Assembly: GCA_016906335.1 (NCBI GenBank)
Contig: JADEYG010000001.1
Coordinates: forward strand, 124,001-188,000
Reading direction: 5' to 3'
DNA length: 64,000 nt
Source of the DNA: Novakomyces olei
Taxonomy: Eukaryota
The position numbers and the translations under genes were made by a program. Each line of letters begins with the position of its first letter. Position 1 is the first letter of the stretch. The notes beneath the pieces are model-generated. The model saw nothing but the letters and a program-made list of their open reading frames with translations. It was not told the origin of the DNA and ran no database searches. This document shows, piece by piece, positions 12,188-24,690 of the stretch.

Positions 12188-13855
12188 CTATTCGTTCTTG
12201 AAATGAGGCGCACCGAGGGGCTCGTAATTTCTGTAAAACGACAAATCAGGCGGTGATTGCCTTTCATGGAGTGTTTGCAAATCCAAATATTCCGGTCCCA
12301 ATTGCTTTAGTGACGTCACACCGAGAAGTTTCATAGTTGTCACCATTTCCGCGGCAATCATCTGATTAAGTTTGCGAACACCTTCTTCACCATAGCAAGC
12401 ATTAGCAAAAAGATAAGGTCGGCCTAGTCCGACTCCTCTAGCTCCTAGACACAGTGCCTTTACAACATCAGAGCCTCTTCGTACGCCTCCATCGACATAA
12501 ACTTCTATCTTTTTATCAAGCCCTCGCTTTCGTAGCTCTGGCATAGCCTCGGCCAGAACCTCAATAGGCGCCCTTGCAAAATCAAGCTGTCTACCTCCAT
12601 GATTGGATAAAACAACAGCCTTAACTCCACGCTCAGCAGCTTCAACCACATCCTCTGCACACTGGATACCCTTCAGAACGACAGGTTTCCCATTGGATAC
12701 TTTTTCATACTCTTCCCATTTGTCCCAAGTAACAATGTGCTCTACGCTGTACTGCACTGCTTTTGCTAATTCCTTGGTTGACTGGCTCTTTTGCATGGAC
12801 AGGGCTCGTAATTTTAAATCCTTCTCCCGACGCCCAAAAGCAGACGTGTCTACAGTAACAAAAATAGCTTTAATAGTGGGCTCAGCAATAGCCGCCTTTA
12901 TACGTTTGATAGTCTCTGTCCGATCGTTTTCCACGTACAATTGGAACCACTGTGTTTGACCGGGGACCTGGCCCGCGATATCTTCCATGGGGAAAGACGC
13001 AAAATTAGATATCATTTGTACCACACCTTCTGCCCCACAGCCACGGGCAATTGACAGCTCACCGTCAGGGTTTCCCAGACGAGCCTGAGCAGCGGCGGAA
13101 CAGTAGAAAGGTACTTTAGTCGCAGTCCCCATAAAAGTGGTAGCAAGATCAACGGGCCCGGAAACGTCTCGCATAGCCCGCGGTTTGAAAAAAATACGGG
13201 AGTAAGCGTCATGATTTTCGCGTAAAGTGACTTCGTCATCAGCACCACTGGAATAGTAGCACCAAGCATTTGCCGGTAGAATCTTCCTGGCAACGTATTC
13301 GAAATCGTTGATATTCATAATCTGAGAGATATCCGGCATATTGTCCAAATAATCCAGTCTTTGCTGTTCTGCTTCATCGTCAATGTTCGCCGCAGTAACG
13401 TCGGGAGCCGGTTCCATTTTCCCGGCTAAAGGACCCAAGTGCTGATCGGGGGAAAGGTACTTGTCCACAAAGCTAGGAGCATGGTACTTATTGAAAATGG
13501 TGGACGCATTTTTTCCAGCGTACTGCAGGATTATATCGGCACCGCCGGGATGTTTAGGAAGGAACTTTGTCAAATCATACACCTCGTCATTCACAACAAC
13601 CCATACTCCTGCTTTCAGGCTGTTGTGGCTCTCCACATCGGCTACAGCTACTCCGGGCTTCTCCGACGATGCAAAGGCAATTGAGGATCCATAGTAAGCA
13701 GCAACCGCACTGGCAGTGGCAAAAGTGCCTAGTGCTATCGCTACGCGACGCGTAGACGTACGCGTAGACGCATACGCGTAACTGGCACGGGTCGCGTAAG
13801 CGCGGCGGCTAGACAGCCGGTAGAAGGACCGGCCAATCGAGAGCCTGGGCGGCAT
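12188..13855 (-). CDS. CYB2: Flavocytochrome b2-like L-2-hydroxyacid dehydrogenase (mitochondrial presequence, cytochrome b5 domain, FMN domain)
   Basis: HPGG heme motif, YYSSGADDE, SNHGGRQLD, DGGVRRGSD. The Arg/Ser-rich N-terminus starts at ATG 13855. Confidence 0.85.
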   Translation of the reverse strand: MPPRLSIGRSFYRLSSRRAYATRASYAYASTRTSTRRVAIALGTFATASAVAAYYGSSIAFASSEKPGVAVADVESHNSLKAGVWVVVNDEVYDLTKFLPKHPGGADIILQYAGKNASTIFNKYHAPSFVDKYLSPDQHLGPLAGKMEPAPDVTAANIDDEAEQQRLDYLDNMPDISQIMNINDFEYVARKILPANAWCYYSSGADDEVTLRENHDAYSRIFFKPRAMRDVSGPVDLATTFMGTATKVPFYCSAAAQARLGNPDGELSIARGCGAEGVVQMISNFASFPMEDIAGQVPGQTQWFQLYVENDRTETIKRIKAAIAEPTIKAIFVTVDTSAFGRREKDLKLRALSMQKSQSTKELAKAVQYSVEHIVTWDKWEEYEKVSNGKPVVLKGIQCAEDVVEAAERGVKAVVLSNHGGRQLDFARAPIEVLAEAMPELRKRGLDKKIEVYVDGGVRRGSDVVKALCLGARGVGLGRPYLFANACYGEEGVRKLNQMIAAEMVTTMKLLGVTSLKQLGPEYLDLQTLHERQSPPDLSFYRNYEPLGAPHFKNE

Positions 13856-14366
13856 TTGCTTCGTCAAGTTGCGTGGGGTGGTTTTAGCTATTACCATGTT
13901 AATTTTATTGCTTAAATCGTAATCGTCGGCAAAGATATTGGGTACAGGATGTTCAAGTAATAATCTCTCGGCAATCGGCAATCGGCAATCGTGCTAGCGT
14001 TAAGTCTATGTGGTAAGTATTGATTGATTTTTCAATTCGAGTTTATATGACAAAGTCGCAAGCTCTGCTTTTGCTGTCAATTGCTCTATAGCAGTTAATG
14101 AAGTTGGGATTTTCATAGTATTCAGAGGGCGGGAAAAGGACTAAACACCGCTTATCGTAATGCTTCCCGATCGCTAATTATACTAAAACTCTGTTATGAT
14201 TGGGCGATCTTCGAGTTGCCGAATTTAAAATAACATTATCACTAGTACCTATATTAATATTAATATTATTTATATTTATTTATTTATATCAATTTGTATT
14301 TTTATCGAAATGCAGACGCCCTTTTAAACATATTCACATACTACGCATCCACACACTGGCGCCTCT

Positions 14367-16508
14367 TTATTGTTGACTAGTAGCTTCCATAACTAGCTCC
14401 CCTCCATCAATCGACTCCAGCAATATGGGCCCCATGAAAGCGTAGGGCCAGCCGCCCGACAATTGTAGCCATATAGATTGAACGCTTATGGAGCGGGCTG
14501 AGGTATCACCCGTAGCAAATTTGACAGAAGCCTGTAGATTCGGAAGAGAAATAAATGACGGGTACCCGTCTCCAGGCTGAGGTCGAAAATCAGTTGCCTC
14601 TCCGCCTTCATCGTCCTCTTCCTCTTCATCCCCGAAATTGGGCGTGTCCACCATCTCTGCTTGTCCCAAGATCTTCTCATTAACCTCGCCCAGATAAGAT
14701 GCCTTGTAGAGATCGTGCATTATGTTCAGCGCTACAAGCCACTGTCTAGCCGCCTTCCATTCAGGGCCCCATGATGAAATTAATTGATGTACTAAATTAT
14801 AGTAATGTGAGGCCTTGTGCAATATCTCTTGATCAGAGTAATCCTTGTCCTGCGCATACTGGAGCCATAAAAGAGTATTCGCTGCAATCAACACGGAGGC
14901 CCCCACCCATACAGACTGCAATGACGAAGAGGGCATAAAAGAGGAGGCAGACGAAGAAGAGGGAATAATCTCGATCAAGCTCGAAAGCATTTCCCCAATT
15001 TTCAAGGCGCTTTTAACGCACGCAGATATTAAGGATTCTTCTCGGTGTAAATAAGACCAACCAGCAGCGTCCACAAGATCAACGAGCTTGGTGTAAGCTG
15101 TTAAATGAGGAAGATAGCATTGATGAGCGACACATGAAGCACTTTGCAACAAGAAATGCATTGCCACGAATGATCTTTGCTGTGAAAGAACACATTGTTT
15201 CTCGTAATTTTCCAGGTTCCATCCAATGCTTGTGGGCAAAGAATTTATCCAGGCCTGTAAGCCTTGGCTCTGCCGGTAAAATCCACTTCGTGGATCAGTG
15301 GGAACGTACCAGTCCAACCGCCGACGCGAATAAACAGTGAAATCCGCCATTTCGCTCCACAAGCAAACTGCTTTTATTAGATATGGTGTGAGACCAAGAT
15401 CAGAAGGCCGCTGCTGTGCTGCCAGATCATCTAACACGACACCCCTTGTCTCTTCTTGATAGGCTAAAGCAGCATCGGTGCCAGGCACGGCTATCGAAAC
15501 GGTATCTAGACTTATGGTACGGTGCTTTGCCAGTAAGTAGGCCAAAGCACGATCAAAGAGAAGGCATGCCCAAAACGTACGCCGCCGGACTTCTTGGTCT
15601 TTAAGGCTATGCTTTTGATGGAACTCCTTATTCAATCTCATTATTTCTGCCATACGAATTGCTGTTCCTGCGAAAAGATAGTGCCTTGATCCCGAGTTAT
15701 TGAGCAACTCGGCCATAGCGACAATGAGATTGGCTTGAATGTGGGTGACTTTGATGTTAGACTTGTTTTGTGATTTTTGATAAAGGCAAACGAAAACACA
15801 TGAAGCGGAAGGGCCTTGCAGATGAGTGGTAAAAGCAAACAAATAAATTTAAAAATTAATAATAAATTAAAAATAATATAAAATAAAAACAAAAACAAAA
15901 CTAAAATGAAAATCCGTCTCATACCACTAGGCTCATCAGATTTGTCTTTGACGAGCGACCTTGCCCTGACCAAGAACCGGCGGGAAACTTGACGGCCCAA
16001 AGCAAGCCCGAAATGCTTCTCTGCGTCTCGTGATCCGAGGTAACGTCCGCACAAGGCGACAACAGCAGACGAAAGAAGTAAGCTTTGTGTACATTTCCAC
16101 TCAAAGTCCGGTCGGTAGTCAAACGAGGCAAAGTCGCAGGAAAAATGGTGGTCGAAAAACAAGTCGAGGCACACGCGCAGGCCGTGTTGGCTTAGAGCGT
16201 ATCTTGCTGGAGCCGAAGTCATCGCGCGTTCAGTAGGCTGAGCCAGCTCGTTACCGTCGCTGAGGCTAGAAGCCCCCACCGTCTCTGGGCAAGAGTCACT
16301 CGCTGAATCTATAGCGAGCCAAGTACACGGTATATCTTTGGCCGCACAGTGCCTGCATCGAGGCCGTGTGCCATCGCACTTTGTCTTGCGGCGCCGACTA
16401 TTCACGAGGCAGGTCAGGCCCAAGATCTTTGCTGTGGAATAGGGATTGTATGGCTTACCAGTTGTTGCACGCTAGCGGAGTCCGAACAAAGCTTCGCTTC
16501 ATAATCAT
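14367..16508 (-). CDS. Zn2Cys6 transcription factor with fungal TF domain; introns 16398-16458 and about 15749-15924
   Basis: Spliced CNNCRRRKTKCDGTRPRCRHCAAKDIPC; EVRRRTFWACLLFDR. Confidence 0.9.
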
Positions 16509-17590
16509 CGCGGCGGAGTCAGCGATACGATTTTCAGTGGCGTTTTAACTGCCAGTCGAGCGCAGACTACTGCAAATTGTCCGCATTGCCTTTAGAAAAT
16601 AGTGGCAGAGTCTAATGCCCGCTCAATAGCTCACTTTGCCGCAGACGAGGCCCACGCGTAAGGAGAGTATAGCCCGTCCACGATACATGCAGCCCCGTGT
16701 TTTGTAATTAAGACGTGTTTTTTATATGCTTGTGGAGTGTGTATATGTGTATATGTGTATATGCGTGCAACATGAATTTAATACTATTCAGCGCGTCCAT
16801 AGAATATTATGGGTTTTTAGTGTTAATGGATTTGACTAAGAATGGAGGGCGTTTAATATATATACATGTGGTGTAACACGCTTCTTGTTTCTAAAAAGAT
16901 ATATTAAAGATTAGTTCTACCAGTATTTTTAACAGTTAGTGTTAGGAAAAGATAAACTAACCCTAACCCTGACTGATTCTGGCTTACTGCTGCTATGAGT
17001 AGCCCGACTCTAGAATTTTTATTTATACTATATTGATTTATACTATTCTTTATCTATTGTCGAAACATTTAATTTTAAAGATAGCCTTATTGCTCTTTCG
17101 AAATTACGCTATTCGGGTGTATATTCAAATGCGTAAAAGGTAACCCGCAAGCTAATTACTCGAGATATAGAACATTTTGATAAATATCTTCGCTTTGCGT
17201 TTACAAGTAATGCTCGAGCGCCCTCATAAACTAATCAATGCAATTAGCCCACAGCTTTTTTACTCACCGCACATATCCACTTTGCACACAAAACGAAGAC
17301 ATAAAGGGCCATAACGGATTGAAGGGCAGCGGACAAGCCGACCAATAAAAGAAGGTAAGGCGAATATAACGGGAGTAAAACAACATCAAAGTAGAACAGG
17401 AAAACCAAGAAATGTTACATACCTTCCACGATAAAGTATAGCGCACCTATTCGCGGATTGAAGTCCGATATCTTTGTGTGGGATAATTTCGGAACTTACA
17501 AATTCCGTGGGTGTTGAGATAAGGATACAGGCCAAAGTGTATAAAAACGCGCGTGTCCATGACTCGTCAGGCGCACTTAAGATCGTGAAG

Positions 17591-19539
17591 ATGTCTGACT
17601 TGAAGGAGAAATATGATGTTGAAGTCGTAAACGCACCAAAGACCGGTGAGGTCGTTGAGGTTGATCGAGCCTATGACCGCCAGGCGGACGATGAAGTTCG
17701 AAAGTTTCTGCTTGAAAATGATGAAGCAGTTACTATCACCGATGATGAGAGTCGACGAATCTTGCGCAAAATTGACTGGGGGATAATGGTACATCTTTGT
17801 GCACATGTTCATTTATACTATTTTTGTTTTCTCAGTTTAAATCTTCGTATCATTGATTTGATAGACTTTAAATCAGATATTTTTGTCATCCTCTGGCTCG
17901 CTTTTGCTAACTACAACATAGCCTCTAAGCTTAGCGTGCTACACCCTACAATACTTGGACAAAACTCTTATCAATTACAGCCAGTAAGATTTTTTAAAAG
18001 GCAATTACTAAACGAGCCAAAGCGTCATGGGACTGTTGAAGGATACCGGTATCAGTGCTGATCAGGTACGCATTGCTTGCCCCCTATTTTGTTTTATTTA
18101 TGTTTACTGCTATATGCTACTTTATTGGACTTTGCTAATCCTTTTTTCCAGTTTTCGTACATGGCAATGGTGTTCTATGTCTCCTACCTGTTTAGCGAAT
18201 CCTTTTCGGCAACTCTGCTCTCCCGGTTTCCAGCTGCCAGGTACCTTTCTATCAATGTAACACTGTGGGGAGCAGTTATCACTGGCATGTCCGGAATTTC
18301 TAACTTTGCGCAACTGACAGCTCTGAGGGTAATTGGATTTGGAATATGCACAGGCTTTTTCTTATTAATAATAGGTTCTTCTTGGTATATTCGAAAGTGC
18401 AGTAGCCCCAAGTTTGATTCTCATCAGCTCAATGTTTTATTTGCGAAGCGAGCAGCCGTTCAGGTAAAGGAAAAATTAAACTGGTTGCGTATGCTTACAG
18501 CGCCACAGGATCGGGATTTGGTATACTGGCACCGGATGGGGGGTCATAATAGGATCTCTGCTAAGTTTTGCCTTTCAGCATGTTCACTCTGAGCAGTTCA
18601 AATCATGGCAAATTCTTTTCCTTGTTGTTGGTCTGGTCACGGTCGTTGTGGGAATCATCTCAGCGTTCCTTTTGCCCAACAATCCAATGACTGCTCGATT
18701 TTTGACAAAGTCTGAACGATTATATGCCGTGTTGAGGGTGGAGAGCAACAAAACGGGCATAGAAAACCGATCTTTCAAGTTGTATCAAGCCAAAGAAGCC
18801 CTATTGGACTTTCGAATCTGGATACTTCTCATTATCATTTCTGCATCAAGTGTCTCGAACGGTGCAATCTCCACTTATTCTTCCACGATAATAAAAAATA
18901 TAGGATTTACATCAAAGCAGTCGGCGTTGCTTTCAATTCCTTCTGGAGTGATTTCAATCATTTCGACTCTCACCGTCACTTATTTGGCCACTAGAGGCGT
19001 ACAGATCACATATTGTGCAATCTTGTGCATTGTACCAGGAATCATTGGAGGATGCTTGCTGAGTTTTGTTGGAGAAAGTCACCATGGTCCTCTGCTGGCA
19101 GGAAATTATTTAATTCAACCCGTTGGTTCTGCGTTGCCTTTGTATTATTCTTTTGCGTCGATAAATACTAGTGGGCATACTAAAAAAGTGGTCGTTAACG
19201 CACTGGTTTTGGTTGCCTTTTGGTAAGCTCTTTCGCTCATTTTCTCGCGATTATACTTTGTTTTATTGCTTTATTATTATTTTCTGGCTTGTACTAATTG
19301 AAAGTGTCGGCAATATTATTGGCCCTCTTACGTTCACTGGAGCAACGGCTCCACAATTTTTGCCAGCTAAAATCGCGGTTGTCATTACACTTTGTGTCTC
19401 GTGCTTATTGCTTCTTTCATTGAAGGGAATGTATATGTATGAGAATAGGCGCCGAGACCGACTGCAGCAGGTCGTCGTACCAGAAAGCTGGCTCGATATT
19501 ACGGACAAGGAGAATAATGCGTTCAGGTACGGATATTAG
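17591..19539 (+). CDS. MFS allantoate/ureidosuccinate permease family (Dal5-like), multi-exon
   Basis: RRILRKIDW, QYLDKTLINY, LPNNPMTARFLT, NKTGIEN, NTSGHTKK, GNIIGP, DITDKENNAFRY. Confidence 0.88.
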
Positions 19540-20070
19540 AGAGGCAAGGGAGAATGTTGGATAGTTTTTTATTTTAACTGTGCGGGAGTTACTTGACAAT
19601 ACTTTATTTAATTGCTTTTTACACAAGAGCCCATGATTCAGTATTTTTCTAGGATTCGGTATTTTCTAGCCATTGGCTCCTAAATAGATTCCAATTTAAA
19701 GGCCGCATGATACATGATGAAGGGTAGTATGTTTGCTGGAAGAACAGATCGTATTATTAGACTTCCATCTGTCTCTATCCCGTCGCAAATAGCTCGGGCG
19801 CGGAGACTATAATGTCGCAATAAATCGCGAAAACCCACGGGAGATAAGGCGATAAGAAGGATTAAAAACGAAACCCAATGATAAATACAAAACAAGCCAA
19901 TCGGTATATATGTTTTTTATTACAACTTAACGAGACAACAAGTAACCTGACTACAACGGAAATTACAAGTTCCGTTTTGCGCAGTGCTTCTCCGCGTATC
20001 GCCACGAGCCGTAAACTCTTCCAACCTGTCCCTCCATCAAAGAGCAATAGAAACCCGGAATAATCATACA

Positions 20071-21893
20071 ATGACTGTACAAGTTGGCATTGAGCAGCAT
20101 GAGTTTATGCGGTTCGCTTCGCGGCGCTCTACCGTGCACTCGCTGGGAGGTATGGTCTCTTCGACACAGCCTTTGGCATCGGAAGCTGGCTACAGGATCC
20201 TTGAGAAAGGAGGAAATGCTGCTGATGCAGCAATAGCGGTAGCAGCTGGCCTTAATGTAACTGAGCCGGGCTCTACAGGAATTGGCGGTGACATGTTTTG
20301 CCTTTTTTACGACGCTTCTAGCCAAAAGGTGAGAGGCCTGAACGGCTCCGGCCGATCGCCAGCTGCCTTGTCGCTCGAGCGCGTTCGCCAAATGGGGATT
20401 ACGGGTGATCATATTCCGAGCACAAATATCAATGCCGCTACTGTGCCTGGAGCGGCTGCCGGCTGGGTGGACACTTTTGAGACCTTTGGCTCTGGCAAAG
20501 TCACAATGCAAGATATACTGGCGCCTGCTATTTCGCTAGCAGAGGATGGGTTCCCCGTCAGCCGAATTTCAGCCCACTCATGGCGTGGGGCAGAAAAGCT
20601 GCTAAAGACCGCTAGCCCGAACGGGAATGAAATGTTGCGAAAGAGTAAAGCGCCGAAAGAAGGGGAAATCATGCGGAACCCGACATTGGCACAGACCTTT
20701 AGGTCTGTTGCAGCCCACGGAAAAAGTGGGTTCTACACGGGTCGCATTGCCCAGGCTATTGTTGATCTAGTGCAATCAAAGGGCGGGTTAATGACACTTG
20801 AAGATTTAAAGGAGCATACATCCACTATAATCGAGCCGATTAGTGCCAAATTCTGGGGTAAAGATGTGTGGGAGTGCCCACCCAACGGGCAAGGTCTGGT
20901 GGCCCTGATCGCACTACAGCTGGTACAGGCCTTGAAGACACGTGAAGAAATGTACAAATTGCAACATAACTCTACCGCCTACCTGCACCTTCTTATCGAG
21001 TGCCTGCGTATTGCCTTTGCCGATGGGAATGAGCATATTGCTGACCCCAATTTTGTTCGCGTCTTGCATGACAGTTTGCTGCACGAAGTATATACAGAGG
21101 AACGTGCAAAATTGTTTAGCGAAAAGCAGCATAATCCTAATATTACATTTGGCTCCCCTCATAACTCGAGTGACACTGTTTACTTCTCCGTCACTGATAA
21201 AGAGGGCAATGCCTGCTCTTTTATTATTTCAAATTATGAAGGTTTCGGAACGGGAGCAATTCCCAAGGCCTGTGGGTTCACTCTGCAAAATCGAGGCAGC
21301 AATTTTGTTCTTACCGAATCCCACGCAAACTGCATTGCGCCTAGAAAACGACCGTACCATACAATAATCCCAGCATTAGTAACGGAAAACGGTGAGTTGT
21401 GGGCTACTTATGGTGTAATGGGAGGCTTTATGCAGCCTCAGGGTCATGTTCAAGTTTTGCTTAATATGTTGGTTTTTGGAATGGATCCACAGGAAGCTTT
21501 AGACGCTCCTAGATTTTGTATAAACTCAGCTTCGGACTCCAATTCCGTCGTTTTCTTGGAAGAAGGTGTCGATGATAACGTCGTTAAGGGCTTGCAAGCA
21601 CTTGGTCATGAGGTCGAACTGCTTAAAGGTTTCAGCCGTGCACGGTTTGGCAGAGGCCAAATTATCAGAAGTCGGTACGATGAGGATGGTAACCGGATTT
21701 TTTCCGGTGGTAGTGATATGCGTGGAGATGGTGAGAGAACAGCAATAAAAATAAATCTATTTGTTGGCTTGTCTTAAATTTTGATTCTGCTTTCTTTTAT
21801 TTCATTTTGTATGTTTTAGTTCTTTAGGATTTACTTTCAATTGAATGTGCTCGAAACTAACTTTTAGGCGCGGCTATCCCGGTCAGTAAATAA
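20071..21893 (+). CDS. Cytosolic gamma-glutamyltranspeptidase-like Ntn amidohydrolase (YwrD/HpxW/LmbA type); terminal intron 21731-21867
   Basis: GGNAADAAIA, GIGGDMF, SDTVYF (autoprocessing Thr), KRPYHTIIP, GVMGGFMQPQGH. No signal peptide or TM anchor. Spliced end reads DGAAIPVSK*. Confidence 0.9.
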
Positions 21894-22039
21894 ATCGTCT
21901 GTTGGACATTTCGAACCAAATTTTTTAAATTTTTAAATAATTATTCACAGTTTACGAGCATTGAGGATATAAATATAACTGTGACTAGAGATATAAACAA
22001 ATAAAAAGTCCTTAATTATGAATTATCGCTGTTTTTACA

Positions 22040-24380
22040 TTAATGCATCCGCAGTGGATCAGACTGAAACCCGAATAAAACCTCAATCGGCACATCGTAA
22101 AGCCCCGGGTGTAAATCTGGCTGAGAATTCACTATTTCGTCTGCCATAGTCGACGTCCTTGCCGGCGAGGTTACAATAGGTCTGTCAAACAGCTGAAGCA
22201 GTGTATCAAAATCATTAAAATTGTTTAGAGGCATGGATGAATCAAAATCATCAAATTCAAAATCCATCAATGACGCAAGATCTCTTGCCGGAACAGGCAC
22301 ATTTTCACGGTGCGCAAGCTCCTCGTGTATCGCTGTTGGCGGTGATGCAATAGGGTCACGGGTCAGGCAGACATTTAGTTTTTCCATCAAAGAGTTTATG
22401 ACTCCATAGGCCTTTCTGGCCACTGGATTAGTGGGGCAATTTTGTTCAATGACGTAAAGGCAAAGCAGCAGGGCCGAGTGCATGTCCGAATGCCCTTTTA
22501 ATTGCGACGCCAGTCTTACAATAATAGTGGCGGCCGAATAAACTGCGTAAGAAACCAGATACGGGGCGTCACTCGCCTTGTATATATTGCAATAAGTCTG
22601 TGTAAGCTGTACAACACCAAAAGCGCTACGAGCACAATAATGCAGGTTTTCTGCTGCTTCGTCTTCGCTCCGTTTCAAATGGCCTCCCTCCAGGAAAGGC
22701 CTGTGCGTCAAAATAACAATAATATAATATAAAAAATGCATTGAGAAAATATTGCGGCTTGGGACTTGATGGCTGTTTGCTGGGGACCGGGATATTTTTA
22801 GCCATTCCGGCAACGCGTTGGTCCAATTATTTAACAAATCGACGATTCCCTGCTGTGCAGTTCTGGCCGCCTTAAACGGCCTAGTGTACAGTTGACTGAT
22901 GATAGACTCCATAATCACACCGAGTTCGCACAGGCAGGTAAAAGCCGATAGCGAATAATGATGAGCAAAGTAGCCTTCCAGAGGCGTTTCCACCAAATCA
23001 TACTCCTCCGACCAATCGAGAAATTCTGGTTTCGTAGACGTGTCCTTTACGAAAATACTTACAGCCCGCCCTTGGTAGAATGAATGGACTTTATCCAAAA
23101 CTGAGATTGTTAGTTGATCATATACACATGGGAAAGCGTACCATAAGCACCCCAAAAGACTCGGTTACGAATTTCTCGACCTTGAATCATGGCCACAGTG
23201 GCATCTTCCGGCAAGGGAATATTAATATGCAAACCCAAATCAACAATCATTCGAAACGCCTTGAATTAGAATTGAGCAATAATTTACGTACTATTCCGCT
23301 GTAAATCCACCCCGTGCTTTGCTTTCCAATCGCAAAAAGCCTGCTAGATAGTAAAAGCAAAGCTTGTATCGTAGTAATTCGTGAACTAATTTTCCGTTGT
23401 TAGCCAGCTCATCTAATTAGTCTCTTTCAATTTACCACTGAAGCTCTTCCACCAAAAGAACTTTGACCCTTTCTAAAAAAACCATTCCGCTTGTAGATGG
23501 GTCGGATGGATTTCCTCTTATTCGAAGATCGCTCGAGAATTTGGCAGCACCGAAATAAATGGCGTTCAAGAGGAGCTTGGAAAAATAAGGACCGCCACAA
23601 GCCATATCTCGCATAAACGCTGGGCGATAAGTTAGTACATACATGTGATGCTGCCGATTCCAATGGGACTCAAGCAGTTGCATGCCAACAAAAGGATCGA
23701 CACCATCGAAATCAAGTTGGCCTGTCTCGAAATGTTTTGATTCCAATGCTCCTAAATTGTTTAAAACCAGACACATTCAAACAAAACAAAAGGGGAAAAT
23801 AAAAAAAAATAAAAAGAAAGAAAGAAGTTGTTCACTTACTTTGCTCCTTAGCCTCCTGTTCTAATAGCCGTTTAGCGGAAGAACTAGGAATAGAAGCTGA
23901 GCTTTCAGTGTATGGCTCCTTTCCATCAGAGCCATAAGCAGGAAAAAAAGAGCTTGTGGGTCCGTGATAAGTTTCATTCCCTAGCACTGCGCCCTTGTAA
24001 GATAGTCCTACAATTTCTGGGTCAGGTGCTGGCGAATTTAGGTGTGTAGTAGCAGAGCTCTGGTTGGACTCGCGCAGTTTGCTAATTTCGTCCTGTAATT
24101 TGAGGACATCGGCCCTCGATACGCTATAAAATTTAGAAAAAAAGCACACAAAGAGATGCCGCCAGATTTGCCTGGGCGGATTGACCTACCGTAGTCTCTT
24201 TTTGTGAGGGTGGTAACTGCACTCACGATTGTGTACTGTACAATGTGTGCAGCGCGGCACTTCATTATCGCATTTTAACTATAGATTTCAGTAATAAACT
24301 CACAATGAAACAATGCGTACTTTACGCTGCCGGCAAAAGTCACATGCCGACTTTACGCGAGCTTTTCGTTCCCTCGCCAT
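22040..24380 (-). CDS. Zn2Cys6 transcription factor, NirA/Nit-4-like family, multi-exon
   Basis: Spliced SACDFCRQRKLKCDNEVPRCTHCTVHNRECSY; HWNRQHH..TYRPAFMRDMACGGPYFSKLLLNAIY; IVILTHRPF. Confidence 0.88.
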
Positions 24381-24690
24381 GGCATTGCAAGCTACGGCGC
24401 TCTGAAGAGTCTACAGTGTGCCTAATGTACTGTATTTATTATTCGCTTATCGAGGCCATACAATAATACTAAAATATTATTTGACACTTGTATGGCGAGG
24501 TGGGTGGGGGTCATTGATCGGCAAAGGCTGTAGAGCAATTTTTACTTGGAATACTGAATCTACAAGTCAGAAAAGGTACGGGCGGCATTTAACGCAAAAT
24601 ATACTTAACGAAAGTTGCATTAATGCAAGTTGTGGCTGGTCTTTGAAAAATTCGTATCCCTTTTCCAATTTGCTCTCATTAAGAGCGACA

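Noticed and set aside
13856-13981. N-terminal extension of the CYB2-like ORF
   Set aside because: It begins at a non-ATG codon inside promoter repeats; the presequence starts at ATG 13855.
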